From Eubacteriales bacterium (lineage in GTDB: Bacteria > Bacillota > Clostridia > Oscillospirales > CAG-272), in NCBI GenBank assembly GCA_045120955.1, contig JBGVFH010000071.1, positions 25,293 to 89,292 on the forward strand: 64,000 bases of DNA. Direction: 5' to 3'. Below the pieces are notes generated by a model that searched no databases, was not told where the DNA came from, and was given only the letters and a program-made list of their open reading frames with translations. Below, piece by piece: positions 41,534 through 50,143 of the stretch. The position numbers were made by a program, and so were the translations under genes. The first letter of the stretch is position 1; every line of letters begins with the position of its first letter.

Positions 41534-41945
41534 ATGGTATGTTCCAAATGTGGAAAAATCGTATCTGATGTAACCGTTTTTTGCCCGAGCTGCGGCGAGT
41601 CTATCGACCGTAAAGCGCAACACGATGGGCTTGTAGTACATTCGGACGATTATTATCAAGTCAAAGACTACCAAAAAAGAGCAAAGTACGTTATGCTCTT
41701 TAATAATATCGTCATTTTTATGCGGCATGATATGGAGCTTGATATTCTCGCTTGGTGCAATATCAAAAGCGAATTCCGCAATAGAGCCTGAGATATCCGA
41801 GATGCGTCCGCCGTCTGAGAACGAGGAGATAGAAAAAGCAAGCTCAAAGATCAAAGCGGGAAAAATGATAGCTAAAATATCGGTCGGAGTCTTCATATTC
41901 AATTTCGTCTTAGGCATTGTTCTCGCTAAGCTGTTATATCTCTGA
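41534..41945 (+). pseudogene. zinc-ribbon plus TM membrane protein, apparently frameshifted at a T5 run (41715..41719); intact reading would be about 137 aa
   Basis: aggag RBS 8 nt before ATG 41534; N-terminal CxxC...CxxC zinc ribbon (ORF 41534..41791). The +1 frame (open from 41703 to 41945) continues as a TM helix; removing one T gives ...YVMLFNNIVILCGMIWSLIFSLGAI... Confidence 0.45.
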
Positions 41946-42108
41946 CAGTTACAGCAAATGTGATAGAAAAAGTAGAGGGCAAAGGTAAAGATATGCACCG
42001 ATAGCGTATCCGCAATGACGCCTATCGAAGATGCTTTCAAACTCAGCTTCACCGATGGGTTGCTTTCACTGAGCATATTTCCAACAATTTTTTTGAAATT
42101 AAAAAAAT

Positions 42109-42153
42109 GCGAGAGAAAGCTTTTTTAAAAAAGTTTTTTCTCGCATTTTTGTT
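42109..42153. terminator. bidirectional rho-independent terminator between the small-gene cluster (+) and malQ (-)
   Basis: gcgagagaaag/ttttttctcgc stem with T-runs on both strands. Confidence 0.6.
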
Positions 42154-42222
42154 ATCGAATAGGTAATTGAACGGATCCTCGCTCGCCGTTATGCACAGCT
42201 TCTGTAACAGAAAAACAACGGT

Positions 42223-42267
42223 AGGCGGGAGGATGGAGGCGGGCACTGCCCGCTTTGTTATTTTTGG
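42223..42267 (+). repeat. short intergenic repeat copy 1 (aggcgggagga..gcgggcactgcccgc hairpin plus T-tract)
   Basis: About 34-nt motif shared (about 31/34 identical) with 61584..61617; GC hairpin gcgggc-act-gcccgc followed by tttgttattttt. Confidence 0.6.
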
Positions 42268-43751
42268 TCTTCAACCTTTGGCAGACGGCAGTATGTCTGT
42301 GTCAGCTTTTTCATAATTCCTGCCAACCAAAAATTGATGCACTCGTCCTTTATTCTCCAGCACCAGTTTCCACCGAGCGTTGAGGGGGTATTCATGCGGG
42401 CGCTGTTGTCAAGTCCGAGCAGGTCCTGCATCTGCAGAATGCAGGTGTCAGCCGTGCTTTGCATAACGGCTTTTATCATTCCCCAGCTGTAGCCCTCGAC
42501 CTCGTTCAGCCTCAAATATTTTTTTGCGTACTCGACCTCTGAGTCAGCTGCATCGTTTATCCATCCCATGATAGTGTCGTTGTCGTGAGTACCTGTATAG
42601 ACTACACAGTTTTTTTCGTAATTATGCGGCAGGTATTCGCTGTCTCCGCTTGAGTCAAAAGCGAACTGAAGCACCTTTATACCCGGAAAACCACAGTCAC
42701 TCAGCAGTTTTCTTACCGACGGAGTGATAAAGCCGAGGTCCTCGGCGATGATCTCGGTTTCGCCGCAGCTTTGTTTGATAGCGTCAAACAGCTTTATACC
42801 GGGACCCGTAACCCATTTACCGTCCTTTGCGGTCTTGTTTTTGTAGGGTATCTGATAATATTCTGCAAAGCCGCGGAAATGGTCTATGCGAATAATGTCG
42901 AACATTCCCGTCATAGCCTTCATTCTTCTGCAAAACCATTTATATCCGTCCTCTGACATTCTGTCCCAATCATATATGGGATTTCCCCATCTCTGTCCGT
43001 CCTCCGAAAAGCTGTCGGGGGGACAGCCTGCCACATGAGTAGGGCAAAGCTCCTCATCAAGCTTGAACAGTTGAGTGTTTGCCCATACATCTGCGCTGTC
43101 ATACGCCGTGTATATCGGCATATCACCTATTATTTTGATATTTTTGGCATTTACATATTTTTTGAGGTCACTCCATTGAGAAAAAAACAGATATTGCTGC
43201 ATAAGGTACAGCGAAATGCTGTCCGAATGTTCCTCTTTGAAGCTTGCTAATGCTTGTGCATCTCTGTTTTTGTAGCATTGGGGCCACTCGTTCCATGCTT
43301 TTCCGCCGTGTGCGTCCTTGAGCGCCATGAAAAGCGCATAATTGTCAAGCCATGCAGAATTTTTGGCGCAAAAGGCAGTAAACTCTGGGTTTGACTTATC
43401 AAAGCGTGAATAAGCAATATCGAAAATGCTTTTGCGGTTGTGATAGACCCAAGCATAGTCGACCTTTTCGATGTCTTGCGTGTATTTTGATTTTTTCAGC
43501 TCAAATTCTGTGAGCAGTCCCATTTCGCAGAGTATATCGAGATCTATAAAATACGGGTTTCCCGCAAAAACGGAAAAGGACTGATACGGCGAGTCTCCGA
43601 AGGAGGTCGGTGTTGTCGGCAGCATCTGCCACAGCGACTGTCCTGCCTCGGAGAGAAAGTCCGCAAACCTGTATGCGGGCTTGCCCATGCTTCCTATTCC
43701 GTAGTCTGAGGGAAGGGATGATATATGCATTAAAATTCCGTTTTTTCTCAT
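42258..43751 (-). CDS. malQ: 4-alpha-glucanotransferase (amylomaltase)
   Basis: GH77 N-terminus GILMHISSLPSDYGIG; 497 aa. Confidence 0.85.
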   Translation of the reverse strand: MRKNGILMHISSLPSDYGIGSMGKPAYRFADFLSEAGQSLWQMLPTTPTSFGDSPYQSFSVFAGNPYFIDLDILCEMGLLTEFELKKSKYTQDIEKVDYAWVYHNRKSIFDIAYSRFDKSNPEFTAFCAKNSAWLDNYALFMALKDAHGGKAWNEWPQCYKNRDAQALASFKEEHSDSISLYLMQQYLFFSQWSDLKKYVNAKNIKIIGDMPIYTAYDSADVWANTQLFKLDEELCPTHVAGCPPDSFSEDGQRWGNPIYDWDRMSEDGYKWFCRRMKAMTGMFDIIRIDHFRGFAEYYQIPYKNKTAKDGKWVTGPGIKLFDAIKQSCGETEIIAEDLGFITPSVRKLLSDCGFPGIKVLQFAFDSSGDSEYLPHNYEKNCVVYTGTHDNDTIMGWINDAADSEVEYAKKYLRLNEVEGYSWGMIKAVMQSTADTCILQMQDLLGLDNSARMNTPSTLGGNWCWRIKDECINFWLAGIMKKLTQTYCRLPKVEDQK

Positions 43752-43864
43752 TGTCTTGTGTCTCCGGATAAGTGTGTTTGTGATATGAGTTTACGCTTCT
43801 TTTTTCATAAACATGATACTATAATACCACTTTTTTTGCATAATTACAATATTAAAATGCATAT

Positions 43865-44740
43865 TTATCCTTTTACTGCGCCTGCAACTATACCCTTTAC
43901 AATGCTTTTTTGGCAGAACAGATAGAAAATAATGATAGGAATGATGCTTATTATTACCATTGACATCATAGCTCCGATATCCTTTAGTCCGTAGCCTGCG
44001 TTAAGGTATTGTATCTGTATCGGAATGGTTCTGTATTTGTTGAGATCCAGCACTCTGTACGGCAACAGATAATCGTTCCATATCCACATAAGCTCCAGGA
44101 TGCTCACCGATACGACGGTCGGCTTCATTATCGGAAGGACCACACTGAAAAAGGTGCGGATAGGTCCGCAGCCATCTATTGTTGCCGCTTCTTCTATCTC
44201 GAGCGGAATGCTCTTGACAAAACCCGAAAACATGAAAACCGCAAGCCCTGCACCGAAGCCGAGGTATATGACGATGATACCGAGAGGGTTGCCAAGACCT
44301 AACCTGTTTGCAAGCTGAGGTAATGTATACATTACTGTCTGAAAGGGAACTACCATAGACACTATGCACAAAAGATAAAAGAATTTACTTGTCCTTGAGT
44401 TTCTGCGCGTGATATACCATGCGCACATAGAGGTGCACAGCAGGATCACAAATGTAGACGCAACCGTGATAAAGACAGAATATAACACCGCACTGTAAAA
44501 TGGGTAGTTGCCGCTTGCCATGCCGTTTACATAGTTTTCAAATCCCACAAAGCTCTCTCCGGTAGGAACTGAGAAAGGTGAGCGTGATATTTCATTGCGG
44601 CTTTTAAAGGAGTTTATGAGCACGACCGCAATAGGCATGATATACACAACTGATATAACGGAGAAGAGAATTGTGAGCAGCGTATTTACATGCTTGTTTG
44701 TGCCCGGCTTTTGAGACGGGTTATGCTTTTCTTTGGTCAT
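43865..44740 (-). CDS. carbohydrate ABC transporter permease (MalG-like)
   Basis: Six TM helices; EAA loop region (EAATIDGCGPIRTFFSVVLP). Confidence 0.8.
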   Translation of the reverse strand: MTKEKHNPSQKPGTNKHVNTLLTILFSVISVVYIMPIAVVLINSFKSRNEISRSPFSVPTGESFVGFENYVNGMASGNYPFYSAVLYSVFITVASTFVILLCTSMCAWYITRRNSRTSKFFYLLCIVSMVVPFQTVMYTLPQLANRLGLGNPLGIIVIYLGFGAGLAVFMFSGFVKSIPLEIEEAATIDGCGPIRTFFSVVLPIMKPTVVSVSILELMWIWNDYLLPYRVLDLNKYRTIPIQIQYLNAGYGLKDIGAMMSMVIISIIPIIIFYLFCQKSIVKGIVAGAVKG

Positions 44741-45708
44741 TGCTGTATCTCCTTTTTCTTTGTAAGTCTCAACTGCACAAGAGAAATTATGACAACAAAA
44801 ACAAAAAATATGATGGATTTTGCCTGAGCGGTACCGTTGGCTGAGAGATATGTCTCGTTGAACTGATCTACTATATTTCTTGCAATCGTGGAGGCGGTCT
44901 GTATGGTCTGACCGTTTTCGAGAACTACGCTCGGATTTGACGAGGTGATGAGTGCCGCATTTTGGTCATAGAGCTTAAATGAGTTTGTGAGTGTCAGAAA
45001 TGTGCATATAGTAATAGAGGGACGCACTATCGGGATGGTGACCTTGAACAGGGTCCTTGCGGGAGAGGCACCGTCTATTTTTGCCGCTTCTATCAACGTT
45101 TCGGGTACACTTTGCAATCCTGCTATATATATTATCATCATATACCCGATCTGCTGCCAGCACATAAGAATGATAAGTCCCCAGAAGGCGTTTTGAGTGT
45201 TAGAGGTTACGTTCATGCCGTAGTTTGCAAGTATTCCGTTTAATATGATCTGCCATATAAAGCCAAGAACGATACCGCCGATAAGATTTGGCATAAAAAA
45301 CACGGTTCTGAAAATGTTTGTTCCCCTTATTGCTCTTGTCAGCACATACGCAACGGCGAATGCGATTATATTTATGAGAAGAACCGAAACCACGGTAAAC
45401 AAAGCGGTAAAACCGAATGAATACCAAAATTGCGGGTCTGAGAAAGCTTTGACATAATTCTCAAAACCCACAAAGCGCAGCTTTTGTACTGTGCGGAATT
45501 CGAAAAAAGAAAGGTATATTCCCCATAAAAACGGAATGAGAAAACCTATGCAAAACGTAAGTGCCGTAGGAAGAAAGAAAATCGGAGAATATTTTGAGAG
45601 ATGAGATTTGCTTTTCTGACGGCGGACTTTGCCGTTTGCGTGCTTAGTCTGCCTTTTATCCACAGAAGCATTGTTGTTCATGCAGTACCTCCTTGTTGTT
45701 TTTTGCAC
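44737..45708 (-). CDS. carbohydrate ABC transporter permease (MalF-like)
   Basis: Six TM helices; EAA motif (EAAKIDGASPARTLFKVTIP). Confidence 0.8.
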   Translation of the reverse strand: MQKTTRRYCMNNNASVDKRQTKHANGKVRRQKSKSHLSKYSPIFFLPTALTFCIGFLIPFLWGIYLSFFEFRTVQKLRFVGFENYVKAFSDPQFWYSFGFTALFTVVSVLLINIIAFAVAYVLTRAIRGTNIFRTVFFMPNLIGGIVLGFIWQIILNGILANYGMNVTSNTQNAFWGLIILMCWQQIGYMMIIYIAGLQSVPETLIEAAKIDGASPARTLFKVTIPIVRPSITICTFLTLTNSFKLYDQNAALITSSNPSVVLENGQTIQTASTIARNIVDQFNETYLSANGTAQAKSIIFFVFVVIISLVQLRLTKKKEIQQ

Positions 45709-45771
45709 GACTCTGTTTTAAAGCTGTATATGCAACCGAAAGAGTTTGCTCTTTCGGTTGCATACGGATAT

Positions 45772-47085
45772 TCAGTGAGTTTTGTTATACTCGCTTGCCC
45801 ATCCTGAGATAAATGCATTTTTCACGTCATCCCAAGTGCCCGTACCCTCAGCATAAGCGGTAAGTGCGCCGCCTACACCGTTTTTCCATGTGTCAGAGGG
45901 AATGGTGGAAAAGTACCATGCCACAGGAGTTTTGCCGCTGTCAATATAGGCGTTTGCATCCTTTACAAGGACGTTTGATGACTCTTTTGCCGCTTTAAAC
46001 GGAGATACAAATCCCATCTCCTCGGCGAGTGCCGCAGTACCCTCGTCGCTTGTCACCACCCAATAAAGGAAGTCGAGCGTAGCCTTTATATCCGTCTCTG
46101 ACGCATCCTTGTTTACGCACCAATAGTTCTCTGAGCCCGTGCACAGTGCTTGATTTTCCTCCCCTTCAACTCCTATATATATAGGGATAATTCCTATCTC
46201 GTCCGTGTCGAGCTTGCCCTCGCCTGTAATATCATTTACAGCCCAAGTTCCGTTTTGATAAAATACCGCTTTCCCGCTTGAAAATTCAGCCACGGCATCA
46301 TCTCCCGTTTTAGTAGCTATCTGATTTTTGTTGCAGGTCGCATTGTTTATATAAAGATCCCATATAGCTCTGTAATTGTCAAGGTACTTTCCCTTAATGG
46401 CAGGGCTAGAGATGATGTTTTCATCCTTGTATTCGTAGTATATCGGTACATTTGCGAGATGAGTCTTAAAGCGCCAGTCGGAGGAGCCGTCCATTCCGGC
46501 GGATGTGAACGCTCCGTCTACACCAAGCTCCGTCTTGTGAGCCTGTATCTGTTCTGCGACGGTCTTTAGCTTTTCAAAGTTATTTATATCCTCGACGTTT
46601 TTTACGGTTGAGTAATCAGCCGAGAAATATTTGTTTAGAACGGTTTTGTTGTATATAAGTCCGTATGACTCGACTACGTATGCAATACCGAGCACCTGAT
46701 CGTCTTCCTTGAGCGCAAACTCATCACTTGTCAGCTCTGAGTAAAGTGCGGATGATGAAAGATCATAACAATAGTCCTTCCAGTTTGACAGCCCTACAGG
46801 ACCGTTGACCTGAAACAGCGTAGGAGCGTTCGTCTTTGTAATCTCAGATGTGAGAGTCGCCTCGTATTCGCCCGAAGCGGCTGTCAGTACCGTGACAGCT
46901 ACTCCCGTTTTGTCCGTGTATGTCTTTGCGAGCTTTTGCCATGCATTATTTTGCTCGGGCTTGAAGTTCAGATAGTATACTTTTCCATCACCTGCATTTT
47001 GGCTTGAATTAAAGCATGATGAAAGAACAGATGCCGGCATGATTATCATTAAAGCGGCAAGAAATGCATAAATAATTTTTTTCAT
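45772..47085 (-). CDS. ABC transporter extracellular sugar-binding lipoprotein (maltodextrin/oligosaccharide family)
   Basis: Lipoprotein signal (…VLSSCF), SBP family 1 architecture; first gene of an operon with the two permeases and malQ. Confidence 0.75.
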   Translation of the reverse strand: MKKIIYAFLAALMIIMPASVLSSCFNSSQNAGDGKVYYLNFKPEQNNAWQKLAKTYTDKTGVAVTVLTAASGEYEATLTSEITKTNAPTLFQVNGPVGLSNWKDYCYDLSSSALYSELTSDEFALKEDDQVLGIAYVVESYGLIYNKTVLNKYFSADYSTVKNVEDINNFEKLKTVAEQIQAHKTELGVDGAFTSAGMDGSSDWRFKTHLANVPIYYEYKDENIISSPAIKGKYLDNYRAIWDLYINNATCNKNQIATKTGDDAVAEFSSGKAVFYQNGTWAVNDITGEGKLDTDEIGIIPIYIGVEGEENQALCTGSENYWCVNKDASETDIKATLDFLYWVVTSDEGTAALAEEMGFVSPFKAAKESSNVLVKDANAYIDSGKTPVAWYFSTIPSDTWKNGVGGALTAYAEGTGTWDDVKNAFISGWASEYNKTH

Positions 47086-47175
47086 TTATCCTCCGTGTGC
47101 AGCTTGCAGTTTTTCTTTGTTTGAGCGTTTTTTCGTTACGCTATTTATTATGTGCATTTTTTTGATATTTACTAT

Positions 47176-47204
47176 TGACAAGTAAAAAAATTAATAATAT
47201 AATA
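47176..47204 (+). promoter_or_regulatory. consensus sigma-70 promoter of the metal-efflux operon
   Basis: TTGACA, 17 nt spacer, TATAAT. Confidence 0.6.
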
Positions 47205-47206
47205 CA

Positions 47207-47228
47207 CATGAACAATTATTCATATGTT
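47207..47228 (+). promoter_or_regulatory. candidate ArsR/SmtB (CzrA-type) operator
   Basis: Imperfect inverted repeat ACATGAACAATTATTCATATGT immediately downstream of the -10 element; resembles the TGAACAnnTATTCA-type operators bound by CzrA-like repressors. Confidence 0.5.
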
Positions 47229-47686
47229 TGAGTGAGGTGAAACGCATGAGTGAAAAAACAAATGCCAATATCAAAAGCGGCCTTTGTGACAATGAAGACA
47301 CATCAGAGCAAGATACGTCATTGTCTGCAGGCTTTCAGGGGGACGAATGCTGTGATTATATGCACGCACACAAGGTCATTATCGAGAGCATAAAGGAGCA
47401 GATGCCGAGCGAGGAGACATTGCTTGACCTGTCAGAATTTTTTCGTGTGTTCGGAGATAGCACGAGAATAAAAATACTGTACGTTCTTTTTGAGAGCGAG
47501 ATGTGTGTCTGCGATATTGCAAGGCTGGTGTCAATGACTCAGTCCGCTATCTCCCATCAGCTAAAGATATTGAGGCAGATGCGGCTGATAAAGTCGAGAC
47601 GGCAGGGAAAGACCGTGTTTTATTCGCTTGCGGATGAACACGTCAGGAGCATAATATTCGGCGGTATGGAACATATATCAGAGTGA
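47228..47686 (+). CDS. ArsR/SmtB family metalloregulator (CzrA-like, alpha-5 site) with Cys/His-rich N-terminal extension
   Basis: Winged HTH (…CVCDIARLVSMTQSAISHQLKILR…); D-x-H-x10-H-x-x-E alpha-5 metal site (DEHVRSIIFGGMEHISE); N-terminal DECCDYMHAH. Confidence 0.75.
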   Translation: MSEVKRMSEKTNANIKSGLCDNEDTSEQDTSLSAGFQGDECCDYMHAHKVIIESIKEQMPSEETLLDLSEFFRVFGDSTRIKILYVLFESEMCVCDIARLVSMTQSAISHQLKILRQMRLIKSRRQGKTVFYSLADEHVRSIIFGGMEHISE

Positions 47687-47702
47687 TTTTTGGAGGTACG
47701 AC

Positions 47703-47921
47703 ATGACAAAAACTTATAAAATTATAGGTGTTGACTGCGCAAACTGCGCCGCAAAAACAGAGGCGAGAATATTAAAGATAAAAGGAGTCAATGACTGCTC
47801 GATATCTTATATGACGCAAAAATTGTATCTTGAGGCTGATGACGAGCGATTCGAAAGTGTGCTGCAAGAGGTATTGCGTGTTATAAAAAAGTATGAGCCG
47901 GACTACAAGGTGATACTCTGA
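47703..47921 (+). CDS. heavy-metal-associated (HMA) domain protein
   Basis: 72 aa; GVDCANCAAK metal-binding loop. Confidence 0.7.
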   Translation: MTKTYKIIGVDCANCAAKTEARILKIKGVNDCSISYMTQKLYLEADDERFESVLQEVLRVIKKYEPDYKVIL

Positions 47922-47934
47922 AAGAGGAAAATGT

Positions 47935-49812
47935 ATGGCTGAGATATATCGAGAAAACAAAAAAGAAATATTAAAGATAGCGGCAGGTACGCTGACGCTT
48001 ATTTTGGCTTTTGCGTTAAATCTGCCGACAGACGGAGGCTTTGCGTGGGTATATTTTGTACCGTATATTATTTGCGGCTTTAACACTTTATACAAGATGG
48101 TACGAAACATTTTGCGTCTTGATTTTTTTGATGAGAATTTTCTCATGGGCATAGCTACTATAGGTGCGCTGTGTACGGGCGAATATCCTGAGGCGGTGCT
48201 TGTAATGCTGCTTTACAAGGTAGGGGAGCTTTTTGAGAATATCGCAGTTTCCAAAACCAGAAAAAGCGTGGCGGCTCTGAGCGAGATATGTCCGCAGAGT
48301 GCATGTGTTTACCGTGGTGAAAATTTGGTATGTGTGCCTGTAGAACAGATAGAAATATCCGACATTCTGGCTGTAAAGGCAGGGGAACTGATACCTGTTG
48401 ACGGCGAGATATGTGAGGGTGTCACAACGCTTGATGCCTCAGCTCTTACGGGAGAGTCGCTTCCGCAGGAAAAGTCGGCAGGAGACAAGGTGTACTCGGG
48501 ATGCATCAACATCAGCGCCTTTATCAAGGTGAGAGCGGAGAAAAAGGCAGCAGACAGCACCGCCGCAAAAATACTTGAAATAACAGAGAATGCGGCACGG
48601 AGAAAAGCGAAAACCGAAAAGTTCATTTCAAGGTTTGCACGCATATATACGCCTGCCGTGGTTTTGGCAGCCGTTGCGCTTGCATTTATCGGACCGTGCT
48701 TTACGGGGGACTACGGTGCTAATTTTATACCGTGGCTGCACCGTGCGCTTATATTTCTTGTAGTGTCATGCCCGTGTGCCCTTGTAATAAGTGTGCCGCT
48801 CGGATTTTTTGCGGGTATAGGTGCTGCCTCAAAGCAGGGAATACTCATAAAAGGCTCGGGCTTTGTTGAGGCACTGTCAGAAGCGCACACGGCAGTCTTT
48901 GATAAAACGGGAACTCTCACAAACGGCAATTTTTCCGTCGTAGGAGTTACCTGTACGGCAGAAGTGAATGCTGATACGATTTTGCTCTATGCGGCATCGG
49001 TAGAAGCCGCCTCAAACCACCCTACGGCAAAGGCAATAGCAAAAAGCGTCGGCGATAAGCTTGCTTGCTCGGATATAAGCGAGACGGCGGGGGAAGGTAT
49101 CACTGGCATTATAGACGGAAAACGCATCGCATGCGGAAATCTCCGCCTTATGCAAAGAGAAGGCATTGATATAGGCGAGGATAATAGCGGCAATGATGCT
49201 TCAAGCGTCGTATATGTCGCATATGACGGCAAGTATTGGGGTCATATTGAGCTGTCCGACACACTAAAGCATGATGCCGCCGAAACGGTAGCGGCGCTCG
49301 GTGAGATAGGCATAGCAAGAACGGTAATGCTCACCGGAGATATGCAAAGCGTTGCGGCTCAAATATCCGAGAAAGTAGGGATAGATGAGTACATAGCATC
49401 TCTTTTGCCGCATCAAAAGCTTGAGCATATCGAGCAGATGTGCGCACGACTTAAAAAAGGTCAAAGACTGATATATGCAGGCGACGGAATAAACGATGCG
49501 CCCTCGCTTTCACGTGCGGATATAGGAATAGCCATGGGTGGGCTTGGAAGCGATGCGGCGGTCGAGGCTGCTGACGTTGTACTCATGGACGACGATATTT
49601 CGAAGATCGCAAAGGCTGTCGATATATCAAAGAAGGCAATGAGGACCGTGCGTTTCAATATTGCATTTTCTCTTGCTGTAAAGGCTGTCGTTATGTTGCT
49701 CGGTGTCGGGGGTGTTGCGGGAATGGGACTTGCGATATTTGCGGATGTCGGTGTTTGCGTGATAGCAATAGTAAATTCGATGTCGTTGCTTTCGTATAAG
49801 ACAAGGGTATAA
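47935..49812 (+). CDS. heavy-metal-translocating P1B-type ATPase (Zn/Cd/Co-type, no N-terminal HMA domain)
   Basis: CPC transmembrane motif (VVSCPCALVISVP), DKTGTLT phosphorylation site, GDGINDAP hinge motif. Confidence 0.9.
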   Translation: MAEIYRENKKEILKIAAGTLTLILAFALNLPTDGGFAWVYFVPYIICGFNTLYKMVRNILRLDFFDENFLMGIATIGALCTGEYPEAVLVMLLYKVGELFENIAVSKTRKSVAALSEICPQSACVYRGENLVCVPVEQIEISDILAVKAGELIPVDGEICEGVTTLDASALTGESLPQEKSAGDKVYSGCINISAFIKVRAEKKAADSTAAKILEITENAARRKAKTEKFISRFARIYTPAVVLAAVALAFIGPCFTGDYGANFIPWLHRALIFLVVSCPCALVISVPLGFFAGIGAASKQGILIKGSGFVEALSEAHTAVFDKTGTLTNGNFSVVGVTCTAEVNADTILLYAASVEAASNHPTAKAIAKSVGDKLACSDISETAGEGITGIIDGKRIACGNLRLMQREGIDIGEDNSGNDASSVVYVAYDGKYWGHIELSDTLKHDAAETVAALGEIGIARTVMLTGDMQSVAAQISEKVGIDEYIASLLPHQKLEHIEQMCARLKKGQRLIYAGDGINDAPSLSRADIGIAMGGLGSDAAVEAADVVLMDDDISKIAKAVDISKKAMRTVRFNIAFSLAVKAVVMLLGVGGVAGMGLAIFADVGVCVIAIVNSMSLLSYKTRV

Positions 49813-49825
49813 AATGAAACAAAAA

Positions 49826-49866
49826 GGGTACGGAAAATACCGAATATTTTCCGTACCCTTTTTTCA
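49826..49866 (+). terminator. rho-independent terminator after the P-type ATPase
   Basis: 14-bp perfect stem gggtacggaaaata/tattttccgtaccc followed by tttttt. Confidence 0.8.
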
Positions 49867-50143
49867 GCTTTTATGTGACAATAATTGAAACGAAATGCGT
49901 ATTTAGATGCGTGTCTAACAGCAGATGACAAAAAACAAAGAGAAAAAACATCATCTGCCAAAGTATAGCAAAAGTTTTCCACAACGGTTGTGTGAAAAAT
50001 GTGCAAAACTTGAAGCACTTTTCCGCATTGCAATGCGGTTTTGTTTTTTTGAGGAAAAAATTCGGGAAAGTTTTGCACATTTTCTGTCTCTCGATACCTG
50101 AGTGTCGTGTGCGATTTTATGTTAGAAAAATATAAAAGGAGAG

